A DNA stretch of 64,000 bases from the human T2T-CHM13v2.0 reference genome, Homo sapiens. Both the position numbers and the translations under genes were made by a program. The stretch lies in the NCBI RefSeq assembly GCF_009914755.1, contig NC_060925.1; one strand, 5' to 3'. The notes under the pieces were generated by a model. That model searched no databases, had not been told where the DNA came from, and saw only the letters and a program-made list of their open reading frames with translations. Below, in pieces: positions 25,860 to 38,197 of this stretch. The first letter of the stretch is position 1; every line of letters starts with the position of its first letter.

Positions 25860-26961
25860 GTGGTATTCAATATGGCAGTCACTAGTCACTAGTCACTAGT
25901 CACATATGTGACAGTCACTAGTCACAGAAAGCTAAAGTTTAATTGAATTGAACAAAATTGGGCCGGGCACAGTAATCCCAGCACTTTGGGAGGCTGAGAT
26001 GGGCAGATCACCTGAGGTCGGGAGTTCAAGACCAGCCTGACCAACATGGAGAAACCCCATCTCTACTAAAAATACAAAATTAGCCAGGTGTGGTAACGCA
26101 TGCCTGTAATCCCAGCTACTTGGGAGGCTGAGGCAGGAGAATCGCTGAACCCAGGAGGTGGAGGTTGCAGTGAGCCGAGATCACGCCATTGCACTCCAGC
26201 CTGGGCAACAAGAGAGAAACTCCATCTCAAAAAATAATAATAATAATAAATAAATAATTAAACAAAATTAAAAATTCAGTTACAGGCTGGGCACAGTGGC
26301 TCACACCTGTAATCCTAGCACTTTGGGAGGCTGAGGTGGGAGGATCGCTTGAGCCCAGGAGTTTTGAGACCAGCCTGGGCAACATGGCAAAACTTCATCT
26401 CTATGAAAAATACAAAAATTAGTCGGGCTTGGTGCCATGCACCTGTAGTTCCAGCTACTAGGGGGCTGAGATGGGAAATCACTTGACCCTGAGAGGTGGA
26501 GGCTGCAGTGAGCAGAGATCATGCCACTGCACTCCAGCCTGGGAGACAGAGCAAGACCCTGTTTAAAAAAAAAAAAAAAATGTGTGCACAGCACTTTGGG
26601 AGGCTGAAGTGGGCAGATTGCTTGAGCCTAGGAGTTCAAAACCAGCCTGGGCAACATGGTGAAACCCTGTCTCTACAAAAAATAGAAAAAATTAGCTGGG
26701 CATGGTGGCATGTGCCTGTAGTTCTAGCTACTTGGGAGGCTGAGGTGGGAGAATCACCTGAGCTTGGGAGGTCAAAACTGCAGTGAGCCAAGATTGTGCC
26801 ACTGCACTCCAGCCTGGGAGACAGAATGAGACCCTATCTAAAAAAAAAAAAAAAAAGATAAGAAAAAAAATCAGTTTATCAGTCATAGTAGCCACATTTC
26901 AGGGCTAGTGGCTACTGTATTGAAAATTTCCATCATCATAGAAAGTTCTATTTGGACAGCT
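25860..26961. mobile_element. MER3-like hAT-Charlie element interrupted by three Alus
   Basis: caatatggcagtcactagtcac...aaaattcagtt...tagccacatttc...tttccatcatcatagaaagttctatttggacagc resembles the MER3 consensus; Alu TSDs aacaaaatt and aaaa(t/a)tcagtt. Confidence 0.7.
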
Positions 26962-26967
26962 GGATAA

Positions 26968-27186
<219 letters not shown>

Positions 27187-29291
27187 TAGGATCAGATCTC
27201 TAAGAGGCCTTGGGTATAAAGTTATCTATCCTTTCGAAGCCATCCCTCTTCTCATATTGGGTACTGGTAGCCCAACTGTGCACACAACCAGGCTCATGTA
27301 CTCCATGGTCTCTCCATTCCTTTGTCCTGCTCTCTGGCCTGCTCTTATCATTGCTTCACCCCTCTAGGCCCTGGAAAACAAGCTACAGAAAAAACTTTTC
27401 CATCAACTTTGACCTAATTTCCTGGTCACAGATTTGAAGGAGAGGAGCCACTAAATTCTTGCACAGGTGAGAAAGGGGCGGAGAGTTCAGGTGAAAGTCA
27501 CCCTGGCAATAGGGAGAAATAGAGACTGACACTTTGGTAATGAAAGAGAGACAAAGAGAGGGAGGAGAGTGCTATGGAAAATGAAAGATAAACGAAAAAT
27601 GAGGATTGAAATGGAAAAGGATCTTTTAAATCTCACTTTCTGTTAAATTCACATTGATTTTAGTTTGCTTATTATTTATTTATTTTTGAGACAAAATCTG
27701 TCCCCCAGGCTGGAGTGCAAGTGGTGCAATCATAGCTCACTGTAACCTAGAACTTCTGGGCTTGAATGATCCTCTTGCCTCAGCCTTGTGAGTAGCTAGA
27801 GCTACAACACCCCACACTGATTTCATGTAGAATTTCCAGGAGCCTGTTATTTGGAATTAGTTTGTGGAAGTCCTCAGAAAAATCAATTCCCAAATAAGGA
27901 CCAGGACCAGATCTGTGCAAATATTTAAATTGGCCATCCCAGGGTTTCTCCACCTGTCGGTTCTTTAGGAATGAAAATCACTGCTGGGCGCCATGGCTCA
28001 CACCTGTAATCCCAGCACTTTAGGAGGCTGAGGCGGGTGAATCACGGGAAGTCAGGAGTTCGAGACCAGCCTGGCCAACATGGTGAAACCCCGTCTCTAC
28101 TAAAAATACAAAAATTAGCTGAGTGTGGTGGCTCATGCCTGTAATCCCAACTACTCAAGAGTCTGAGGTAGCAGAATCGCTTGAACCTGGGAGGCGGACA
28201 TTGTATTAAGCCAAGATTGGGCCACTGCACTCCAGCCTGGGAGACAGAGCAAGACTCTATCTCAAAAAAAAGAAAGAAAGAAAGAAAGAAAGAAAATCAC
28301 ACCAATTAAACATGGGATTGTGGTATTACTCTACTACTATTACCCTACAAGGAATAGGAACCATCAAATCATCTAAGGGATGAGGGTGAAGTTGAATAGT
28401 TAGCAAACATTTACTGAGTTATGTGCTTGGTTAGGAACTGTGAAAATAAAAAATGGTTAGCTGCCTCCAAAGAATTTAATACTCATAACTCTATAACCTC
28501 TTAAGTCCTGAAGTTATCCTTGTTAGTATATAAATCAAGTTTACATTGGGAAGAAACCCTATGATAAAACCATATTGTAAAAAGGGGATCTTCAGCTGAG
28601 TGTGGTGTCTCACGCCTGTATTCCCAACTCTTTGGGAGGCCAGGGCCAGCAGATCACTTGAGCCCAGAAGTTTGAGGCCAACCTGGACAACATGGCAAAA
28701 CCCGAACTCTACAAATAATCAAAAAATTAGCTGAGCGTAGAAAAAACAAACACATACACACACACACACGCACACACAATTAACTGAACGTAGTTGTGTA
28801 TGCCTGTAGCCCAGCTATGTGGGAGGCGGAGATGGGAAGATCACTTGAGCCCAGGAAATCAAGGCTGCAGTGAGCTAAGATCATACTACACTCCAGCCTG
28901 GGTGAGTGAGACTGTCTCAAAAAAAGGAACCGCCACTCTTTTCTTTCAAATGCCCTCATAAACATCATCTCCCTGTATTTCAAGAACCCATGAACTCCAA
29001 AACTGAAGGAATTTAGTAATGATTACCTATGGATTTGGAAAACTAGTTTAGACAACCGGAAAATCCCAGTATAGTTGTTCAGTGAATCTGAAACATGCCT
29101 CAAACGGTTTCCCTCTTCACCTTCTAGCCCCCACTCTGCCGACATTCCTTAGGGTCCATAGGGAGTGTTTTCTCCACAAGGTTTTCATTAGTGTGGATTG
29201 TTAAGTAGAGGAAAACTCCTTTAGACACACCTTCTTTCCAAAAACTTTTCCAAAGCCATCTCACAGACATTTTTTTTTCCATTAAAAAAAC

Positions 29292-29297
29292 TTTATT
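29292..29297 (-). terminator. TXNIP: TXNIP polyadenylation signal AATAAA (3'UTR ~29270-30685)
   Basis: TTTATT on the + strand about 1.4 kb beyond the stop codon. Confidence 0.8.
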
Positions 29298-30685
29298 TTC
29301 ATTTTTTACAAAGAATATCCCCATCTGGGGTAAAAATATATCTGGTTAAGTACAAAATATAGTCTTTACCATACAAAAAGATACATAATACAAAAACATG
29401 AAACCAACCATCTTCAGCCCACACTTTCTGGCTGTAATAACTCTCAGAAAAGGGTGGAGCTCAGTGCTCTGACACAGGACAGTGAACAAAGTGCTATGGC
29501 TGAGAGTGACTGACCAAGTGCTGGCAGCTGCAGTGAGGGGCCAATATCCCTATCTCCTAACACAGGGCAGGAAGGGGGTTCAAAGGGCTTTTATGAAGAC
29601 CTGCCCTCTAGTTTCTCATGGCAGTATTTGGAGGTTCTGATCACAGGGTTGGGCATCTTGATCAAGAGTTCCTCCTTGGGTTTGAAGTCACAGTGGGCAA
29701 GGCTGACAGCAGCAACCCTTTCACATGATTTAAGCGTTAGAATTATATAATTCTGTACATTGGGGCAATCTCAAAAGTAGTAAAATTTTTTTTGTCTTTT
29801 GGCTTAACCCTAGAGACACAGTAGACCAGTTTCAGCTTACATTTAAGATGGCAGAAGGGGAGAACAAAAAATTTGACAGGAATTAAAGTGCTAAGAACAT
29901 CACCTTAGAATCAATTCCAAGGACTTACATGAAGAGAAAACCATCCTCCCATATGAAAATATTTGCAGTAGGAGAACACAGTGCAATAGGCTCCAAAAAT
30001 GGCTTTTAAGACCTTTGGTGGGGCAGTTACTACTGCTTTAAAAGCCAGGTTAAAGTATACTCTAAGCAAAGATGACCGTAGAGCAGCTAGCTTCCTTTTT
30101 TATAATCACAGGGAAAGCTCTCTCCATTGTCCATCAAATCAGCTCTAGAAGGTTTTTCTTTTTTTTCTACAAGTGCACAAAGGGGAAACACTGATTTTAA
30201 GAACCTCCTTTTCCCAAAGTTTTGGCCACAATTTCCCTTTTCATCTTCCTAGTTTGTTAAATTGGCTCTTCTCCACATGATACGTAAGTTCAAGGTCCAA
30301 AGTTCCTATCACAATTTACAAAAAGCCTCCAAAAAACCTTGAAAAGCTTACGCCAGGAGGCCATTTTTACCTGACCCGAAACTATCGAAAAGGCCTCAAT
30401 TTTCAAGGAGATCTGAGAAAATGGATGGGCCTGAGTTTTTCTAGTTATTTTTAAACCCATCCAACAAACACCCCTGTATCACAACATGGGCGCTGGCTGA
30501 GGATGAGTCCGCATCCTTTAAGGCCCAGGAGATTGCCTGCTGACCACCTCCTACATTAGGAAGTCAGAGGCTAAGGTGGACCCACACTCCATTGCAGAGA
30601 CTGTTGAGTCTCTGAAAAAGTGAGTGTCCAGGAAGAGAGACAAAAAGAAACAAGTAGGTAAAGCTGCTTCTTTTCTTCCACATGC

Positions 30686-30721
30686 TCACTGCACATTGTT
30701 GTTGAGGATGCAGGGATCCAC
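30686..30721 (-). CDS. TXNIP: TXNIP exon 8 coding part
   Basis: tttag|GTGGAT...CAGTGA. Confidence 0.96.
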   Translation of the reverse strand: MDPCILNNNVQ

Positions 30722-33101
30722 CTAAAGAAAGAAACAGACTATTTCAGTTCAGGTAAGAACAAAAAGAACAAACCAGTTTAGCAATCCGTCTAAGTCAACT
30801 TCTTATAGAAAGCTTAGGACAAATTTAACAGTAAAGATGACAATCCTCACCTCAGTATAAGTCGGTGGTGGCATGAACTTGAACTCAGGGGCATACATAA
30901 AGATAGGGCTGTCTTGAGAGCCATCCATGTCATCTAGCAGAGGAGTGGTTGGGCTCTCCAATCGGTGATCTTCAGGAATGACATCCATATAGCAGGGAGG
31001 AGCTAGAAAAGAAAATATGGCCACATAAGAATCCTGCCCAAGAAATGCTGGACCATCACAATTTTACAAACCCAGGTAGACCAGAAACAAAGAAAAGACA
31101 TTAGGTCTGGCTCACCTTCTGGGGTATCAGGGATGTTCAGATCTACCCAACTCATCTCAGAGCTGGTTCGGCTGGCCATGCTGGATGTTCTGCTGCTTAG
31201 ACCTGATCTGCTGCCAATTACCAGGGGCAGGTCAAGGATGACCTTCTTGGATCCAGGAACGCTAACATAGATCTAGAAAGGAAGATGGCAGTTTATTACA
31301 CCAGAGGTCTGGAGAAACAAGACAGCTGTGGTAACAGATGAACAATTTCTCTGCTGAAGCCACCCTGCATCTACCCACCAGTAAGGAATATTCAACTCGA
31401 AGGATGTTGCAGCCCAGGATAGAAGGCCTGATCTTCTGAACCCGAAGGCTCTTGCCACGCCATGATGCGCATGTCCCTGAGATAATATGATTGCCTCTGA
31501 CTGATGACAACTTCTGAGTCAGCACCTTGGTCTGGCCATTGGCAAGGTAAGTGTGGCGGGCCACAATGGCAGCTTTGGGGACCACAATTCGGGAACATGT
31601 ATTCTCAAAGTCAGCATGGATGGAAATCTCATCACCTAGCAATGAGAAAGATGAAAACTTACTGATACTCAGTATAGTTAATGACACTTCCTCTACCCCA
31701 GTCCCATGCCCTTGCCCCTAAACCCAGTTCCTGTTTTAACTGCCATAAGCACTAGGATTTTACCTTCACAGAATCCTTTTCTGTCAATTCGAGCAGAGAC
31801 AGACACCCGCCCATCAGGAATGAACATGCAGGAAACTTTCTTTTCTTTTTTAGCAGACACAGGTGCCTATATAGAAGGGGATAAAAAGGTGTTTTGAGAT
31901 GCTTCAATCTAATGCCCAAGACGTCTGATTTATCATCCTCATGACCCAGGAGAATAGAATCTTTAAAATGGATCTCACCATTAAATCAGGGGTATTGACA
32001 TCCACCAGATCCACTACTTCAAAGTTTTTCTTTGTCTCTTGAGTTGGCTGGCTCGGGCGGTCAAGAAAAGCCTTCACCCAGTAGTCTACACACCCATATT
32101 TTCCTTTGAAGGATGTTCCCAGAGGCCTGTGTCAAGAAAATGAAAATTTTAAAACGCTCTCCAAGAACAGTAAGTGATCAAAGGAGGGCAAGATATTTTA
32201 GACAGAAAAGTTCAAAGATGCATTTAGCTGATATTTACCCCTGAGGAAGCTCAAAGCCGAACTTGTACTCATATTTGTTTCCAGGTCTCATGATCACCAT
32301 CTCATTCTCACCTGAAGGGAAAGAAAATCGAGTAGCCATTAGGCTTGCTGTTACACTTAAAATGCATCTGTGTGATAAGGAATGCTTGGGTGGCATGCAA
32401 GGTATTGAAGTACCCCCAATTTCATCCCATATATATATTTTTTAATCCATCCCATATTGTTCTTAAAGAGAAATTCTGATGTATTTTGTCGGGCAGCAAG
32501 TTGCCAAGCCCTGCAATACTGAAAGATTCACCCAGGACAGTTCTCTACTAACATCTCAAATAGGAAGTAGACAAAGAATAAGCAACTTATGCACACATAA
32601 GACTTTAACTACCCGAGGCAACGCCCCTCAGGATCCCCTTTAGGACACAGCACCATAAAAAATTGTACAAATCACCCTTTTTTTTGGGGGGGGAGGAGAA
32701 TGTCTGCAAATTAAAACAGAAAAAAGGAAGCAACAACACGTAATTCAAACCACTCAAACTGAGCAACTTAAAACATTTCGTACAGGTTTTGTGTATTCAA
32801 TTCTCTTCTCTAATCAGCTTTCACCCTCCAACAATGAATTGGGCCGCTTACCTGTTGGCTGGTCTTCCAGAAGAAGCGTGTCTTCATAGCGCAGGTACTC
32901 CGAAGTCTGTTTGCACTGCTGGGATCCCTGCATCCAAAGCACTTTAGCCACTCCGCAAGCCAGGATCCTAACGGCTTTGACACGAGTAACTTCACACACC
33001 TCCACTATCACCCGGCCAGCCACCTTCTCGCCACTGCCGTACACCTTTTCAGGGTCGTTAAAGACCACCTCAAAAGACTTGATCTTCTTGAACATCACCA
33101 T
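30686..33101 (-). CDS. TXNIP: Thioredoxin-interacting protein (alpha-arrestin), 391 aa; complement(join(30686..30721,30851..31002,31116..31272,31379..31635,31764..31866,31979..32126,32239..32311,32852..33101))
   Basis: Exons sum to 1176 nt (391 aa + TGA), all GT-AG; MVMFKKIKSFEVVFNDPEK..., SGTCASW (Cys247), PPCY and PPTY PPxY motifs, ends VDPCILNNNVQ*. Confidence 0.99.
30851..31002 (-). CDS. TXNIP: TXNIP exon 7 (both PPxY motifs and the dileucine)
   Basis: ttctag|CTCCT...ACTGAG|gtgagg. Confidence 0.96.
31116..31272 (-). CDS. TXNIP: TXNIP exon 6
   Basis: ttctag|ATCTAT...GAAG|gtgagc. Confidence 0.96.
31379..31635 (-). CDS. TXNIP: TXNIP exon 5
   Basis: gctag|GTGAT...TTACTG|gtgggt; matches ORF 31262..31687. 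Confidence 0.96.
31764..31866 (-). CDS. TXNIP: TXNIP exon 4
   Basis: tatag|GCACCT...GAAG|gtaaaa. Confidence 0.96.
31979..32126 (-). CDS. TXNIP: TXNIP exon 3
   Basis: acacag|GCCT...TTAATG|gtgaga. Confidence 0.96.
32239..32311 (-). CDS. TXNIP: TXNIP exon 2
   Basis: ttcag|GTGAGAAT...CAGGG|gtaaat; ENEMVIMRPGNKYEYKFGFELPQG. Confidence 0.96.
32852..33101 (-). CDS. TXNIP: TXNIP exon 1 coding part
   Basis: atcATGG start; ACAG|gtaagc donor. Confidence 0.97.
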
Positions 33102-33437
33102 GATGGAACTGAGTTGGTTTTAAGAGTTAGAAATGACGGTGGAAGAAAAAAAAAGCTCCAAATCGAGGAAACCCCTTTGCAAAAAATTATTTCACTTTAA
33201 GGAATTAAGGTATTCTTAAGCAGTTTGAGCTTAAAAATAAAATAAGATTTAAACAAATGAATATTAACTACTAGGTTTTCGAAAAGGCGCCTAAAAAATA
33301 TACGCCGCTGGTTACACTAAGCGAATTCAGAGAAAAAGCCTTCTTTCCCCCAATTGCTGGAGAAAAGATCCGATCTCCACAAGCACTCCTTTGGAGAAAA
33401 AGAGGGGTTAGTTTCAAGCAGGAGGCGGAAACGTCTC

Positions 33438-33588
33438 TATATAGTAGCCCGGGCCAGAAGAGCCACGCGAGCGCTGGCCCGGAGGCTCGTGCTGCCCTCG
33501 TGCACATCCCTCCCATTGGCTGCCCGGTCCTTGTTTACCAGGAGCCCGACCAATCAGTGAGATCGCTGTGGCGCGTGGACACGGTGTG
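33438..33588 (-). promoter_or_regulatory. TXNIP: TXNIP glucose-responsive core promoter: TATA, ChoRE-a, CCAAT, FOXO, inverted CCAAT, ChoRE-b
   Basis: Minus strand: TATATA 33438-33443; CACGAG-GGCAG-CACGAG 33486-33502; CCAAT 33515-33519; GTAAACAA 33531-33538; ATTGG 33550-33554; CACACC-GTGTC-CACGCG 33572-33588. This is the established MondoA/ChREBP:Mlx plus NF-Y architecture, inside a CpG island (~32900-33790). Confidence 0.95.
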
Positions 33589-35857
33589 CTCCTGGCTGGG
33601 AAAATGGTTGTTGCGCTCTGGAGCGGCGCAGGGAGGGGGGAAGGAGAGGAAGGAGAGGAAGGAGGGGAAGGAGGGGGCTGTTGAGCGTCTTCTCCCGGGT
33701 CCAGTGGAAGGAGGATCCCACTGACCCTAAAACCTAGCCAGGGCGACAGGCCATCGGAGGGCGGGTGTGGACGTTTCTGGTCTGAGAGCGGTGTTTTGAG
33801 GTAAAAGGAAAATGTGCTTATGAGGGAATTTCATGCCTAGTCTTAGCCAGTGCAGTTACTTTAGAGCCTGTCGTTATTCCTGGCTCATAAATAGCAAGTG
33901 TGTGAAAATCCCATAGCTCCAAGAATACTTTCAGGTTTGGGGCTGTGGAGCGCAGAATGCTTGGTGTTACTGTTCAGGAACAGCCCTTTGTCCTTCTCTT
34001 GCCCCGCATCCCTATTAAGTATAAAAAACACCACCGTCTCTGAGGGAAAGGAGAACTTTCAGGCCTCATTGTGTGTGTAGGACCGATGTCTTCTCCTTCC
34101 CGTTCCAATCCCTTGGGGCTAGGGCTGGGGGCTGCGTGCCTGTGCTGTTCGTCACCCACCCCCAGCTTGTACCCTCTCTTCTGTTCTCTCTGTTCTGTGG
34201 AACGGAAATAGGAGGGGCGTGTTTACATCCTGTTGCTTATCCTGTCATCTCTTCAATTTCTACCTGCAAAGTTGGGGAACACTTTGTCTGTGTTCCCCAT
34301 TTACCTCATTACCTCTTTAGTGAGGTGTGTCCAGGCGCTCATTATCTCCCACTTCCTACCTGCTTCTGGAGGAAAAGGAAAAGCGGGAAAAAAAGGATGC
34401 TTCACTCTTTTCACTTTTTTCCAGTTATGTTCACTCTTTCTTGTCTCCATCCCCTCTTCCAACTCACTAAATCAAATGTACATCCATAAATCTGGTTAAA
34501 AGTGAGAAAGTCCTCTTGTTTATATCCAAATTTTCAGTGGAGAGATGGCCACACACCTGTTTGAAGGAACAATTTTAAAAACTATTTTCAAAGGTTTTTC
34601 CCTAAACGGTTTAGAAAACAGTAAGAAGGAAAAGAGAAGAAAGATCGGTCAACAGAGCACTATAAATTCAAGCCAGAAGAGACCCTACCCTCTCTCTTCA
34701 TTCTTTGTTGGTTTCGTTTGGCCAGCTGTCAGATGGATTTTCCCCTGCTGGCTGTGAGATGCTTTAGGAGCTGAGTACTGAGAACTTACTCTTAAATGTA
34801 ATAGGAAAAACCTGTATGCAAAAGTGCAGGGATTCTTCCTCCTTTTATTTGATTCATAGACCCTTCCTATATCTGTGCTGGGGTATCAGAAGATTATTAT
34901 TTAATTCCTTGTGCTGGAAAGAGGAAGATAATGTCCCAAGATTGAGATGGGGAGGTAATTAAGAAGCATTCAAGTATATTGAAACCCTACCCAATCAGCA
35001 AAAAAAAAAAAAAAAACCTATTCATTGCTGTTAAAGAGCCTTCTTCCTTCCTCAGACAGCCTAGCTGGATTGACACTCTAAGGCTAACGAGAGTTACAAC
35101 TCAACCCCAATATTAAGCAAGCTCAAGAATAGGCATCATGAGTCTCTTCGAAAACACACACATGCATTAAACCCCAGGAACATGTTGATCCTTAGGGTGT
35201 GTTTGAGGCGGCACCCTGTTCTAGAAACTTAACCAGCTAGGCTTGAGGTGTTTTCAGTTGGTTAACAATATTGATTGAGTTACTGGGAGCAGAGGAGGTG
35301 GAACTCTGACTGAAGTAATTTTTTTTTTTAAGGTGGAATCTTGCTCTGTTGCCTAGGCTGGAGTGCAGTGGCCTGACCCCAGCTCACTGCAACCTCTGCC
35401 TCCTGGGTTAGAGCGATTCTCCGCCTCAGCCTCCTGAGTACCTGGCATTACAGGCATGCATCACCACGCCCAGCTAATTTTTGTATTTTTAGTAGAGATG
35501 GGGTTTCACCATGTTGCCCAAGATGGTCTTGAACTCCTCCTGACCTCAGGTGATCCACCCGCCTTGGCCTCCCAAAGTGCTGGGATTACAGGCGTGAGCC
35601 ACCGTGCCTGGCCTGACTGAAGTAATTTTAAAAGTTCAAAATTGTGGCTTCTGGGAGAACGTTTAGTTTGATGGGTATGAAAGTGTAACTATCAAACATC
35701 AAAATGCTGACAAATATATGAATCAATATTGTTAACTACATAGTCAATATTGTTAAATATTGTTAAATCTTAACTACATACATTTTGAGGGAATAGGAAA
35801 GATGGTGGCTAGTGATGGATCAGGGTGGTGGTAATATGGGACATCTTAAGACATCCA

Positions 35858-36117
35858 ACTCTCAACCAGGTTGGAATGCAGTGTCACTTGGCTCACTGAA
35901 ACCTCCACATCCCAGGCTCAAGTGATTCTCCCACCTCAGCCTCCCGAGTAGCCGGGACTACAGATGTGCTCCACCACGCCTAGGTAATTTTTGTATTTTT
36001 GGTAGAGATGGGGTTTCACCATGTTGGCCAGGCTGGTCTCAAACTCCTGCTCAAGCAGTCCGCCTACCTGGCCTCCCAAAGTGCTGGGATTATAGGCACC
36101 CTTTTCCCTTTCAATTT
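35858..36117. repeat. 260-bp dispersed direct duplicate of 36948-37207 (Alu-derived plus unique flank)
   Basis: Base-by-base comparison by eye shows 4 mismatches in 260 bp. Confidence 0.92.
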
Positions 36118-37527
36118 ATTTGATATTTATGTGGGCACATCTCTGAAGTACTGAATTGCTGAGTTTTAAAAAATCCTATGACAATTCTCTCGTTCTAAGT
36201 TTCTCTTCTGGGCTCTGGTTTCCTTGTATCTTCCCATTTGCAGAGCTCACTACAGACTACGTTGCTCTGTGTTATGCCTGGGTTCCTTTAAATGCCAAAA
36301 AATTATTTAGCTTTGGCAGCAGCTGCTGCCTACCAGGCCTGTAGCCAAGGCATGTTCTGAAGTGGAGTCCTCCTGGACACGGTTGTTTACGACCTTTCAC
36401 CTTGTAACCTGGTATTCTGATAAAAACCTGCCCCGATTCTCCTTTCCCAGTTCTTGGGTCTAAGAAGAAAGAAATTTTGTAAACTCTTGTCCTAAAATCA
36501 GGGTATAAAAACACTTGTGAGGTTTGGGAAAAGGGGTGGGCCAAGGAGGAACAGCAAAGTAGGGCACAGTCAAAGAGTTTTGCAAGTTGGATCATCTTTA
36601 TCTGCCCCTTCTCTACCCTCTTCAGTCCCAGTGCCAACAGGAAACCAAGTGGTGATTGTTGTTTGTTTGCTTTACTGCAGGTGACAGAATAAAGCCAGCA
36701 GTTTCAGGGAGGGAAGTGCCCTCAGCACTTTGTTGCCAGTCAGAGACAAGACACTGATTGCATTTCTCTTTTCTTTAACCTCTGGCCTGACAAACATTTA
36801 GAACATGAAGACTCATAGTTCTTAATGCAGAACAAAGCCCTTTCTTGGTCCTTTTAATCACTTCTCTCACCTCTACTCTGTAAACTTCCCTTTTACCCTT
36901 ACCCATTTTCCTTTCTCTCTCTCTTTTTTTTTTCCACATAGGGTCTCACTCTCAACCAGGTTGGAATGCAGTGTCACTTGGCTCACTGAAACCTCCGCAT
37001 CCCAGGCTCAAGTGATTCTCCCACCTCAGCCTCCCGAGTAGCTGGGACTACAGATGTGCTCCACCACGCCTAGGTAATTTTTGTATTTTTGGTAGAGATG
37101 GGGTTTCACCATGTTGGCCAGGCTGGTCTCAAACTCCTGCTCAAGCAGTCCGCCTACTCGGCCTCCCAAAGTGCTGGGATTATAGGCACCCTTTTCCCTT
37201 TCAATTTTTTCCCTAAGGAATTTAGAGGCAAATTAAGAGTTTGAAGACTGCCCCAAGTCATAGATCAATAAGAATAAATTAACAATTGTAAGCCAGGTGT
37301 GGTGGCTCATGCCTGTAATCCCAGCACTTTGGGAGGCTGAAATGGGAAGATCACTTGAGGCCAGGAATTCAAGAAGATCACCCTGGGCATTGTAGTGAGA
37401 CCCCATCTCTCTTTAAAAAAAAAAAAAAAAAAAGGCTGGGCGCGGTGGCTCACGCCTGTAATCCCAGCACTTTGGGAGGCTGAGGCAGGCAAATCACGAG
37501 GTCAGGAGATTGAGACCATCCTGGCTA

Positions 37528-37764
<237 letters not shown>

Positions 37765-37871
37765 TTAAGTAATTGCCATTTATTGAGCACCTATAATGAA
37801 CCAAGTCTTTTATATAATTATGTCAGTGATAATTATCTGTCATCTGTCATGTTGTTCTAGAAAGTATTTGA

Positions 37872-38197
<326 letters not shown>

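Noticed and set aside
35177-35191. GRE-like GGAACA-TGT-TGATCC upstream of TXNIP
   Set aside because: Mismatch at a key TGT position; too degenerate to call without ChIP data
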